From Phyllosticta citribraziliensis (Eukaryota): 64,000 nucleotides of DNA. Below are positions 38,699-50,262 of the stretch, in pieces (the first letter of the stretch is position 1; the number at the start of each line of letters is the position of its first letter). The notes beneath the pieces were generated by a model that searched no databases, was not told where the DNA came from, and saw only the letters and a program-made list of their open reading frames with translations. The position numbers and the translations under genes are program-made. The stretch covers positions 1,922,001 to 1,986,000 of the forward strand of contig NW_027117345.1 of NCBI RefSeq assembly GCF_038025025.1, read 5' to 3'.

Positions 38699-41600
38699 CT
38701 AATACGCCACGCGCGTGCGCATATCGCCAATCTTGCGCTCGACCTCTCTGACGCTGCGGTCCAACTCGCCGGCAATGCCCTCCTTCTTGTCGCGCGGCAG
38801 GCGCAGGAAGCGCTCGCAGAGGTCGCCGTCGATGACGCCCTTGACGGGGACGTAGTAGCTGCGGAAGGCGAGGTGGTCGCGGCCGGCGATGGGCGGGTCC
38901 TCGGCGCGCAGCTGCTGCTCGAGGCTCTGGAAGAAGTCGACGTCCTCGCGCGACACAAACGGCACCAGGATGCCGAGCGACCCCTGGAAGCCGCTCCACA
39001 GGAGCAGGTCGCGTCCGCCTGCTACCAGCGACGTCTTTTGGATCGACGTCGGGATGTCTTGGGTGTAAAAGTGCGCGAGCAGCTCGAGACGGTTCGGCGT
39101 GCCTTGCAGGTAGTTGCGCTCGTTGAGGAGATGCGAGCCTGAGCCCTCTTCGTCCGCTTCTTCCGACACCTTTGCTGGACAGCGCACAAGCCATAGGTTG
39201 CCGAAGCGGTCGCCGCCGGCTGTGGTCTCGTAGTCGACCATTGTTGTGCAGGTCGTGTAGCGGTGAATGGTGTCGTCGCAAAAGGGAATCAGCCGGTTGT
39301 CTTGGAATTTGTAAACCACGTATGTAACGGATTGCTGCACGTCGGAGCAGATGATGCGCGAGCCTTGGGTTTGGAGGCCGCAGAGGAGGGTAGGAACCAC
39401 ATTCATGGCTTGAGATTTGCGGAGAAGTTGTTTGAGACCAAGGTCGTAAATGCGCAGGTCGGTGCCAACGCCGGCCAGAAGCCGCCCTTGAAAGGGAAGA
39501 AGCGCTTGTGGAGGGGCTTCAGTCTTGGTCTTGTGGATGAATTCTACGTCGCGACCGTTGTCGTGCAAACGGTAGACATGAATGTAACCGGCTGTAAAAG
39601 TGCGCGGGGCCACAACCAAGTCCTTGGCAGTGCCAATGACGAGGAAAGTTTCGTGATTTTGCGATTCGAATGGTGCCAAACACATGCTGACAATGCCCTC
39701 ATTCTCTTGAAGTTCGAGTGTATGGACGACCCCCTTTTCGTTGACCGGGTCGACAATCTGTACGCAAGAAGCCCAGTGGCTTCTGCCTCGAGGATAACCA
39801 AAATCTTCGGGAGGAAGGACTGGTGCGTCGCCATTCTGAGCTTTGGTGGTTTGATCCTGAATCAGGGCATTACGCGTGGTAGACGACAGAACGTTGTTGT
39901 CAGCCTGGCTGACGAAGAAAAGAGGCTCCGTTGGGTGCCGCACGAGCTGCCGAGGAGTGTACATGAGCGGAATGCTCTCTTTGAGCAAGTTGTTTGAAAG
40001 ATTTTCAATGGTGAAGATGCTGTTGCCATATCAGTCGTTGTTCCAAGTTGTCCTTGAAAACAGAGGGGTTTAATCATCAGATGCGGGACATTGCCTCGTC
40101 GAAGGACTTTGACGAACAGTCTGAAGATGACACCGAAGAAAAGAAACTTACCGAAGATGTGCGCCTTGAATACCCACCATACCCTGAGTGCACTGCTCGC
40201 TGTTGAAGCTCCAACCCCATTCAAGGGGCGGGTAGGCCAATGGGGTGAGCGTAAAAGCCCTAGTCTGTTGGTCGGCATAGCCAAGCCATGAACGAGAGCT
40301 GGTTGCCAACACGGCAGCCTGGTCTTGCACCGTGACGCGGAAGAGCTTAACAGCCTTGGGGCCGAGGAAACGAGTACGAGTGTCGGTCAGCTCGCCTGTT
40401 ATCTCGTCCAGAACGGTGCGGAGGTAGACACCAGAGTAAAGACCAATGTGAAGATATAGAGTGGAGCCGCCTGAAGACGAGTCGGCCATGGCCATGATCC
40501 TGAGCGCCGAGGGAGCCGAGGTAAGAGCCTGGACCGATTTGCTCTCGAGAGTAGAGTCGGGGTCTAAACTCAGGATGCGGACTGTGGAGTCATCACAGCC
40601 AACTGCTAGGAAGGCGCTGCGCATTCTGCCCTCTGGCACCTCTCCAAGACTCAAGCACGTCACAGTGCCGCTCATCTCCTTCTTCTCGTCGTACTCGGCC
40701 AAACTACCATCGCTGTCCATTTCAAAGTAGACAATTTCGCCCGAGCTGAGCGCAACTGCTACTTGGCGTTGGTTGGTACTGGCAGCGACAATGGTCCTGT
40801 GGTTGGGGACTGGCCACTCGTTGATATGGCCTCCGGCTTGGATATGGCGGATACCCCTCTGGTGCACCTGAATTAGGGCGTCTTCTCCCAAAAGCTGCAC
40901 GGCCAGCGTCGACACTTGGGTCAGGAATCCAGTGTCGGTGACTTCCTCCACAGTCTCGCCGATTCCGAGGACCAAGGTACCGTTGGTAAATGACAAGATG
41001 ATGTACGAGTCGTACTCGTCGTCCTTTCGGATCTTTGTGGTCCAAACAGCCTCCGGCATACTGGGCAATTCCGATTCCACCAATTCAGAGACTTCCAACC
41101 CATGCTTAAGTGACTTGAACGAGCTGCGAGCGCCAGTGCCGCAAATTGAGTAGATTTGAGGGGCGTCTTCATCTGTGAGATTAGCTACCTTGCAGTCGAT
41201 AGTCGGGTTCATGCTGTCGACGGCCTGGACAAGCGAGATGTTTTCCGGGCCACGGGGAACAAAGTAGACGGGTTCGTAAGGTTGAGTGTGGTCCGGGTCG
41301 AAATCGTCGCTCATGAATTCAATCTCGTTGTCGTCATCTCCTAGCTTCTCAAACTGGTAAAAGTGATGGTTGCCAGACTCTGTCGCAACAAAGAGGTATC
41401 CAGTCTTCAAGATGCAAAGGCTAGCCGCGGGTGGGACCGTATCAAAGTACTTGATCTTCAAGCGCTTGACGTCGCCCGTTGGCTGGTCTTGCTCATCCTC
41501 GACCATGTCAATAGTGACCTTGAAGAGATCGCCATCCTCGGTTTGCAGGAGGAAGAAAAAGGCACCGCGCATTTTGTGCATGACTCCAGCGGTGATGGAT

Positions 41601-42634
41601 CTCTTTCGTGCTGGGTCCTCTGTTGCTCCCCTGCGCCGAGGGATGGCGACTCTAAACGTATCCTGGTTGCTGTGGCGGTATGTGATCGTCTCCTCGGCGC
41701 ACACCAACACGCCGCTAGGACCGTCCTGTCCACCCGGGACTTGGAAGATCATGTTGGCCGTGAGATCCACAGTGTCAGACCACTTGCGAACCACGTGGTT
41801 GAGACCCAGATCCAGCTCGTAGTACACCAATTCTTTTTGTTTCTCGAGAGCAACCTCTCCCGTCGAATCTTGGTCGACTTCGTCATAGTCCATCTCCAGC
41901 GCGGCGAAAATAGGGTTCTCATATCCCACATCCAACCCTACGAGTGCAAACACCAGAGTCTGAGGTTTGTGGGCCTCGAGCGGGGATGATATGACCAGGT
42001 TGGCCTCGGCGTTCCGGTTGAGCACGTAGACGAATTTGTTCTTTTCGATCGAAGCAATCATACAGGCGCGACCTTTGGGATCCGTGGCAAGGTACTGGCC
42101 GGGGACAACGCGGCGAATGCCCGACTTGCCAAAGGTCTCGAGCTGGGGGCGTGCAAACTCATTTTTGGCGGGGAGGTACTCGAGGATGGAGATTCGTCCA
42201 GAATCCGATCCCACAATTATGTAATCTGCAAGCAAACATGGTCACTATCTCTTCTCCGTCAAGACATGCCTTGGCCGAGCAAGGCGTGCATTCATCCAAG
42301 CCGGGTCCGAGGCGCGATGCGATGGAGCTGGTCGCGTACTTGGAGAATCACTATACAGCCCTGCAAGTGGCGAATACTTTTATGACATACCTTTGTTGGA
42401 TCCAGCGAGTCTGAATGCAGCCAGGCTGCGAATGATGCCAAAGGCATTATGCGAGAGCGTTGTGGTAACCCTCTGGGCTTGCGCGTCGATTCGGTAGAGG
42501 GTGAGGTTGGTCCCGGAGGCCGTAATGATTTGTTGCTCCTTGGTACCGGCAAATTGACCAAGAACAGCCTGCGTAATAGCGCTGGGGGGCTGAATGGTCA
42601 AAGAGTACATGAACAGATTCGATGTGGTCGCCAT
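38699..42634 (-). CDS. RSE1: Pre-mRNA splicing factor Rse1 (SF3B3/SAP130); 3 exons
   Basis: [66 protein letters not shown]-terminal [17 protein letters not shown]. Confidence 0.98.
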
Positions 42635-42993
42635 GGCGAAGGATGCTGTCGGCCTGGCGGCCTCGAGCGGGAGTTTCGGGGGCTTTCACAGGTGACGGCA
42701 GCGTGGGGCCAGGCGGGAGGGCAGCGGTCGTTCGCTGTGGCAAGAGGTGGAGGTGGAGAGGGCGAGGATTGGGTGGACAGTGAAGATGGCGGGCGTGGTG
42801 CTGTATCGCGGCGCGGAGTTTGGGTCGCGCATCGGAGCTCTCACCAGAAATTCTGCCGGGGATGAGGCGGCGTCTTGGAACGGCTCGCGTTGATTGGCCA
42901 GCCACTTCATGAAGTCACTTCGTGCTCCAGCTTAGATTTCCTTCGAGCTGCACCACTCGCCGTCAATCCCAACACCAACCCTCCAGGCCCAGC

Positions 42994-44514
42994 ATGCGCT
43001 CGAGATCGACATGCCAGCGCTGTCTGGCCGCCGTCCAGACGGCTGCCCGCCAGTCTTCGACCCCGCGACTCCAGCAATTGCAAGCCGGCGCTCGCCGCTG
43101 GTCAAGCAATCAGTCCACCATCACCACCAGATCCCCAGAAATCTCAAGGCGTGGCATCTCGTCCATTGGTCGGAAATCTGCTGCCGCCGGACAGGCTCAA
43201 GCCACGGACCGTTCGAGCGCCTCGGGTTCCCACGAATACAACAACACCTTGTTGAAACCAAACAACCTCTTCCACTCCTTTAGCGACTCTCCCTCCCCCG
43301 AGATCCGTCGTCGCGCGGCCTATATAAAACAGCATGCGTACTGTCCGCACCACTCCCACCAGCAAACGCGCATCCCTACCGACCCGGAAGACCCCGAGGC
43401 AGCAAAGTCCGTCAACGCCTCTCTCCCACCCGCACACGTCCGCTACGAGTGCGCCGACTGCGGAATCCCAGTGTCATGCAGCGAGGAACATTTTGCGGAC
43501 GACTACGAGAAGCACTTGGAGATATGCGACATCTTGCGCCAGATCAACGAGGACGACCACGACCTGCGGTCGGGGCGCTTTTTCCCCGAATTCGAGTACC
43601 CGGGCATGCAAATGGACGAGGCTCTAATCAATTTTACGAGCTGGGATACCTACCTCTACTCGAGAGACCACAAGGCCATTGATTCTGAGCGCAGTCTGAG
43701 GCAATCCACGCGCCTTCTGACGTACCCCGCGACGATTGGCAGTTTCCTGCACGAGCTCTCTCCCTACAGCATCAAGAGCGGCGGCCGCCTGACCGTCGAG
43801 GGTCTCAAGTCCCTCTCCGCCCTGCGCTACACACTGCACCCGCCCATGACGGGCGCTGGCGGTGACATCAAGGGCCTGCGACTCAACCCGCCACCCGTCC
43901 GCCTCTTCATCCTGGGCGCGCGCGCCGAGTCCTCGCTGCCGCGCGAAGTATGGCACCAACTCGCCAACATGTTCCCGCGCGCAACCTTCCACCTCATCTT
44001 CATCGGGCCCGAGTCCATGGCCAACCGCGACGACGAGTTTCCCTTGCCGCCGCGCACGCCGGCCAACCCGTTCGGCGCCGTCGTCGAGGACCGCATCAGC
44101 CACAACCTCAAGATCAGCACGTACGTCGAATACTACCACACGCTGCACGAGGCGCACCAGTTCTACCCCTACGACCCCTACTTCGACTGCTTCGTCCTGT
44201 TCCACCCCGGCCTGGGCCACCCGGCCTCGGAGCACGAGTGGGCCGCCACTATCCCGCAGCTCCTCGAGACAAAGGTGCCCGTCCTCGTCACTGGCTACAC
44301 CGACTTCGACATGCAGCGCGACCTCAAGTGGGTCCAGGACAAGGTCGGCGGCGAGGTCGACCTCTTGCTCAAGCCCGGCGAGAACCGCTTCCGCAGCTTG
44401 CGCTGGGACCTCAATGACGTCGATCCGCAGGACATTAGCTGCGGCAACTGGGGCGTGTGGGCGTTTAGAGGAAAGAGGTACGAGGCCACGATGAAGGAGG
44501 AGGCGTCGTCGTGA
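42994..44514 (+). CDS. MSS51: Mitochondrial COX1 translational activator / assembly factor Mss51
   Basis: Arg/Ser-rich presequence; AYCPH..ECADCGIPVSCSEEH..HLEICDILRQINEDDHDLRSGRFFPEF; FILGARAESSLP; FHPGLGHP; ENRFRSLRWD. Confidence 0.93.
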   Translation: MRSRSTCQRCLAAVQTAARQSSTPRLQQLQAGARRWSSNQSTITTRSPEISRRGISSIGRKSAAAGQAQATDRSSASGSHEYNNTLLKPNNLFHSFSDSPSPEIRRRAAYIKQHAYCPHHSHQQTRIPTDPEDPEAAKSVNASLPPAHVRYECADCGIPVSCSEEHFADDYEKHLEICDILRQINEDDHDLRSGRFFPEFEYPGMQMDEALINFTSWDTYLYSRDHKAIDSERSLRQSTRLLTYPATIGSFLHELSPYSIKSGGRLTVEGLKSLSALRYTLHPPMTGAGGDIKGLRLNPPPVRLFILGARAESSLPREVWHQLANMFPRATFHLIFIGPESMANRDDEFPLPPRTPANPFGAVVEDRISHNLKISTYVEYYHTLHEAHQFYPYDPYFDCFVLFHPGLGHPASEHEWAATIPQLLETKVPVLVTGYTDFDMQRDLKWVQDKVGGEVDLLLKPGENRFRSLRWDLNDVDPQDISCGNWGVWAFRGKRYEATMKEEASS

Positions 44515-44903
44515 GCAGCAGCAGCAGCAGCAGCAGCAGTAGCAGGAGGAGGAAGAAGAAGAAGAAGACGAAGACTGAAAGCGGCCGGGCTATCTCGGTA
44601 GCCATGGCGCAGCGGAAAATCTAAGCGCAGTATCTACCAGCGTGTACATAAACCCGATTTTGTGTGTGTATTATGCAGTCTATTTGGATCCTTGGTATCT
44701 TGTCCACTCGAAAATGCTTCCCGTTCTCATTCATACATCATGAGCCATGCGCGCGCTAAAAGGAAAGCCAGAAAGCCAGAAAGCAGAAAGCACCCAACGC
44801 CAACGCTATGCCCTTGACCCTCTCTTCAAAACATAAAGCATGCACCGCACGAGTGCTCCTCTACCCCCCAAAACAATTTTTGAAACAGCAAGTAACCGCT
44901 GGA

Positions 44904-46712
44904 TCACGGACCAGCAGCAAACCGACTCTTCATGCGCAGCTTCTCTCCATACAGCCACAGCAGAATCGGCGCCGGCACACCCAACGCCAAGCCCAAGAAA
45001 GCCAGCAAACTATTGCCCCAGCCCATGCCCAGGCCCTGATACAAAGAGGGGGCAAAGAGGGGGAATCCAAAGCCCGCCAGACTGCGCAGGACGGCGGCGG
45101 CGCTGACGGCGCTGGCGGCGAAACGCGCGTAGCTGTCGACGAGGTACGTCTGGATGCACTGGAAGGCGACGATGGTGCCGGCGGCGAAGATGGCGGCGCC
45201 GACGTTGGGCAGGATCCAGTGGGTGCGGGCCTGCGCGCTCCAGCCGTACCAGAAGAGGCCGACGGGGACGAGCAGGGAGGCGGGGACGATCAGCGGGACG
45301 CGGAATTCGGGGCGCCCGACGCCGTTGTTGCGGGCCTTGAGGCGCGCGTAGATGCGGTCGTTGATGGGCGCCGAGATTTGCGTGCCCAGGAAGAAGCCGA
45401 GCCCGAGTGAGATGTAGTTGAGGCCGCCGATGCCGGTGCGCTCGTTGTAGGTTGTTGTCCAGAGGGTTGGGAAGGTGGAGAGCACGAGGTACATGAGGCC
45501 GTAGAGGAAGGCCATGTAGACGGCGAGGAACTGCACGATGGGCTGCGTGCCGAGCAGGCGGAAGGGTCTGAATAGCGCGGTGCCGAGGACGGCGCTGAGG
45601 CTCTTTTCTGGCGTCTCGTACTCGGTGTGTAGAGCTGGGTTGTTGGTTTCTTTGCGGAGAGCTGCTGCTTTGCGGTTGAGGAGGACCGGCGCATAGGTTT
45701 CTTGCAGGAAGAAGAGGCCGGAGATTTGGATGATCGCGTCGGCGATGCTGGTTGCCCAGAATACCCAGCGCCAGGTGGTGTTTTCGGCAATGAAGCCACC
45801 AGCTGTGACGAGTCAGCAAGGCTATCCAAAGGGCATTGAAGAGATGGACTTACCGATTGGCCCAACTGCCGGGCCGAGCAGTGGTGCCAGACTGTAGATG
45901 GCAATGGCCTTTCCACGCTCTTCAGGTCTGAACATGTCGGAGAGGACGCCGCCTCCTATTCCCAAGGGTGCGGAGCCTCCGAGGCCAGCGAGAAACCGGA
46001 AAGCAATCATCTGTCCTTTCGTCTGCGCGAAACCACAACCCAGATTCCAGGCCAAGTAGAAGGCATTGGCGAGCTGCAGCACAGGAACTCGGCCATAGAT
46101 TTCAGACAGCGGTCCCAGAAACAACGGACCAATTGCGTAGGCGAGGACGAAAATGGACAGGGACAGCTGCTGTTCAAACTCGGACGTGATGTTCAAGTCT
46201 TTTGCGATGGAGCTCAGGGCCGGCGCCACCATGGACGAGGAGACGGGCGAAATGAAGGTAAACGACGACACGATGAGCGTGGCAGCCCACCTCCGCTTCA
46301 TGGACCAGTTCTTGGGGATGGCGGGGTCATCAGGGCCGTTGAACGTCACGAGGTTTGGATCCTTCTGCGAGCGCGAGGTGACTGCCTTTTCGAGCGGCGG
46401 ATCGGGCCCCAACTCGACGTCTCGCTCGTCTGGAATGCCGTCGCGGACTTCAGGCACGGCCGCGTGTTCCTCAGCTGGCTTCTCGGTGTCCGTCCCAGCG
46501 CGATCCTTGCCGGTCGACGAGCTGGATGACGTAGTTTGCCGTGTGACGACCGTGTCGTCTGAATCCTCGACTTCGTCGCCGGCCGCATGGTCGTGGTAGA
46601 CGCCGTGGTCATCGAGGTGATGGGTCGAGTAGACGCGTTGAAGAGAAGGGCTCGACGGTCTGCTCGGACGAGATCTCGTTTGTGATAGTGATAGGTTGGA
46701 TTGTTCGACCAT
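44904..46712 (-). CDS. MFS drug:H+ antiporter (DHA1 family); intron 45803-45853
   Basis: NLVTFNGPDDPAIPKNWS; GPLFLGPLSEIYGRVPV; FRFLAGLGGSAPL; PLLGPAVGPI-AGGFI..WRWVFW; PEFRVP; RSLAGFGFPLFA. Confidence 0.95.
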
Positions 46713-47460
46713 TTTGAGTTTGGGCAGGGGTGCCGGCGGCGGGTCGAAAGCTTAGCAAAGCTTGTCTGGTGGCTGTCCCTGGAATGGAAAGATTGCGTGC
46801 GTGGATGCAAGAATGTGGCCATGACGGGGAGGACGACATTTTTATGTAGCAGTGTCCAGAAAGGTTGACCGGAATTAGTCGATTAAATCCAGGCGGAAGG
46901 TGGTCCTCCCGGTGCCACTGCACAACGAGTGCCTTCAGGTATCTAGATTCACCGATGCGTGGTGGAGACGGCCATTGTTTTTAGCCAATGCCCGATCAGC
47001 CTAATGGTCTTCAGCAGGAGTTAAGAGATGCGATCGAGGTTTGATTGGTCAATTGTTGGCAGCGTACCATACGTGTGCAATTCCTCAGCTGCTGGTAGTC
47101 GGAAACGGCCAGTGAAAAAGCGCCCGTGTCCGACCACACGGGGACGGCGTCGGTTAACTCGGCACACCGAGCCAACGCCACCGTGTTCATGACTCCCTTG
47201 CTAGCGATTCGGGTTGCGGGTGACACAGTCAGATTCGATCAAAGAAGAAAGTGAGATGTGTGACATGGTCAAGGAAGACGGCTGACAAGTCGCTGGTGCT
47301 GTGGTTTGCGGCCGCCTTGCCTCGCTTGGTTAGTGCCAAACTTATTTTGTTTTCAACCACAACCTCATCGCAATTCTTCCCGCATCGCCGCGCAACCTCT
47401 GCAAAGAAGAGTGTTTGATTACTCCACGATTGCAGAGCAGAGTGGTGAGTACCAGAAGGA

Positions 47461-47990
47461 AGTGGATATCTCGAAATCTCAATCAACGCCAGAATTTTCA
47501 ACCATGTCTCTCGTCCCTTAGAGCCATCTCGTCGCCTGAAGGCAGACTTGCCACACCAACCCTTTATCTCTTTTCCAAGCCATCAACCTCTCTGATATCC
47601 GAAATCCTAAGAACCCCAGAATATTCAACCATGTCTCTCATCCGCCAGAGTCTTCCCGTCGCTTGGAGGTTGGCGTACCACGCCACTCCTTCATCTTTCC
47701 TCCAAGCCATCATCGACCTCTTCAAATTCCCAGAATCCCAATAACGCCAGAATCTTCAGCCACGTCTTTCCTTCCGTGCAGCCAACCTGTCGCTTGGAGC
47801 CAGATTGGGTTCCCCGCTCCGTCATCTTCTTTCCAATCAGCCGTCATCTTCAATCATCTTCAGATCCCGATCGAGCCCGGTATCTATTACTGTATCTCTC
47901 CTCCATCGGAGCCACCCACCTCTTTGCTTCGAGGCAGGCCTGCTTCACCTCCTCTTTACCTTCTTTCTCCAAGCCTTCGACCTCTTCAGC
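47461..47990. repeat. About four degenerate tandem units of about 130 bp, derived from the 3' end of the adjacent kinase-like gene
   Basis: Recurring blocks AACGCCAGAAT.TTCA.CCA.GTCT.TC, GTCGC.TG.AG and TCCAAGCC.TC.ACCTC at about 130-bp spacing. The last unit is the coding end (EEVEGLEKE). Confidence 0.7.
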
Positions 47991-49644
47991 ATGCTCTCTC
48001 ATCTCGGCGTCCGTGAAGTGGTAAGGGCACGGGTCTTCTGAATTGACGCCCTGTGTGTCGAAATGACCCCAGGTCCTGTCAAGAGCCATGAGCGATTGCT
48101 GAAAAAAGAAGAAACAGTAGAGAGAACAAACCTTTGAACTTGGATGAGGAACTCCCGGAGAGGCAGAAGGCCGAACTCTTCAATCTTGATGGCGACGTGG
48201 ATCAGCGACGAGATCGGACTGTTCGTCAGTTCCTTGTGCTTGCGGCTACGGGCCAGAAGCTGCTTGGAGAACCGGTCGAATTCCTCCTCGCTGACTGCCG
48301 ACTTGAGCTGCGCAAGGAACTCCTTTGGCTGGTTCAGCATGTCGTGGCCACCAATCTCATACGCCGTAGGAGCATGCCCCGCGAAGGCTGGACCGACCCA
48401 AGAGCCTCGCCAACCAATCACGGTCTTGATCCGGAATTCTTCGTCAACGAATATGTCTTCAGGGCGGAGACAACGGTGAAGGAGGCGGGATGCCGTGGTC
48501 CTCTCTTTCCTCGGCATGATGTGTGGAACAATTGCTGAGGCTTTTTGGAGCAACTCGAAATAGACCTCGGGTGGAGATTGAAGCTTCTTGGTCTCTTGGC
48601 CAGCCTCGCCTTGCTTCTCGCCAGCATTTTTGGCCCAGTCGATCTCACAACCCAAGAGCGCCTTGACGTAGTCAGTCGCGGATGTCCCTTGTACCCGTTA
48701 GCATGATCATTACTTGAAGTGCAATGGAAGACTCACATGGTCCACGATGGTCGACCATGTGTTCCCTTTCCCCCTCCCAGAGCCTGAACTCCTGAGAAGG
48801 TCCAATGTAGAGTTTGCGGGTCCATTCGGAGTAGCGGTCAGTATATTTGAGAGCCTCGTCGTGCGCTTCGCTGGTAGCTTGCATCGGTTGCACCTTTTTG
48901 GCGAGCCGCTTGTCAATCCTGTCATCAAGCCTGTCGTCGAACGACTCCCGGTACAGCGACCCGTGCCTGTTTCTAGATTAGTTGCAATCCTAGACAAGGA
49001 TGATGATGGAAGACTTGCCACTGGAACCACAACGACCCCAGCTTCTTTTCAAAACCCATGATCTCGCTGGCCACTTTTGCTTTGGACTTGAGGTCCAAAG
49101 CATCATGGCATATTTTGCTCAGCTGAGTGCCTTCCGATTCCTTCATGAAGATGCAAGTCCTCAAAGGAACGGGGTTTCCGTCCGAGTCGTTGTCCGAATA
49201 AATGGCGCTGCGTCCATCCGGGGCAAGGAGCTCCTCTTTGTAAGTACCTTCGGTTGCCACTCCACCTTTGGTTCCCCACAGCATCAGTTCAGGAAATGGG
49301 AGCTTCAGACCGTCCAAACCGAACTCCATTGTTGCCGCTTCGGACATGATGCAATCCTCCAGACGATCCGCGTATGCCGACCATTCAAACACTTTGGGAG
49401 CCATCTTCATGATTGCAAGTTCGCCGGTCTCTGACGTCAGCCGAGATATTTCGTTGTATGTCGTGTTCGCAATCTTCTTGACGAAGAAGTCACCACCTGT
49501 CCGGCCGACCTGGAAGCTCGCTCTCTCTCCGAGCCACTGAGTGACTCCGCGTTCGTCAAAAAATGTGCCGTACTCATTGCATGCATCGCACTCGCTGTTG
49601 AAGGCGAACCAGTGCCCCTTCTGGGCCGGGGCCTCGGAAGACAT
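47850..49644 (-). CDS. APH/choline-kinase-like (AIM9-like) phosphotransferase-fold protein, paralog 1; 4 exons; probable pseudokinase
   Basis: SEAATMEF..LKLPFP; W-HGSLYR; HRGP-WTSATDYV; LLHRCLRPEDIFVD..VIGWRGSW; CPYHFTDAE. The first in-frame ATG is MSSEAPAQ. Confidence 0.8.
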
Positions 49645-50262
49645 TGGTCGCTGTGTGAGGGTGTTGACAGTGGGAAAGGTCGAGTGCAAGAGCAGAGGCT
49701 TGGTCGTGTGTAGAGCTGGACTGGACAAGACCCACACAGGAGGTCAGATCACGGAAGGAGTTGGAAAGCTGGCCAAGAGGAAAATTTTGAGGTGAATTGA
49801 GAAGAGAAGGGAAGAGGTTGTCGGGGTTTGGTTTGTTGGCGGGCAGCAGGCGGTATTTATGACCTTTGCTTTGGCGCTAGCCCGATGTGAACACCGACGC
49901 GTGTGACTCTGCGTCGCTGCGCCGCAGAGCTGTGATCTGGGGTGCATTTCCGCGGCGGCTCTGTTTGTGAAGGCTGCCAGAATTGGAGAGTTTGGCAGGC
50001 TTTGGCAATGCGCGAGTCTTAGTCGACAGTAAGCTTCCGCCTATCTCGTTGCTGCATTCATCCAGGCTTTCTCAAAGTCTTGTATACTGCTAATTGGACC
50101 ATGGCTTTACAGGAACAATCACCATGGCCGCATTTCCAGAACCAGTTTGCAGATAAGAGTGTCAAATTGCTACAAGCTCAAAGTAGAGTGGAGTGGGTAT
50201 CTCAAAATCTCAAACAACGCCTCAACCCCCATCGAGCGCTTTTATTCCGCCTTTTGGTCCCC

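Noticed and set aside
40020..40151. TGATGA...CTGA in RSE1 intron 2 as a possible C/D snoRNA
   Set aside because: The boxes are only about 45 nt apart and the CTGA coincides with the branch site.
42226..42391. Possible stwintron or microexon in RSE1 intron 1 (internal AG and GTACGC)
   Set aside because: No canonical internal branch site. The twin-intron route would frameshift, and the microexon route needs a 30-nt intron.
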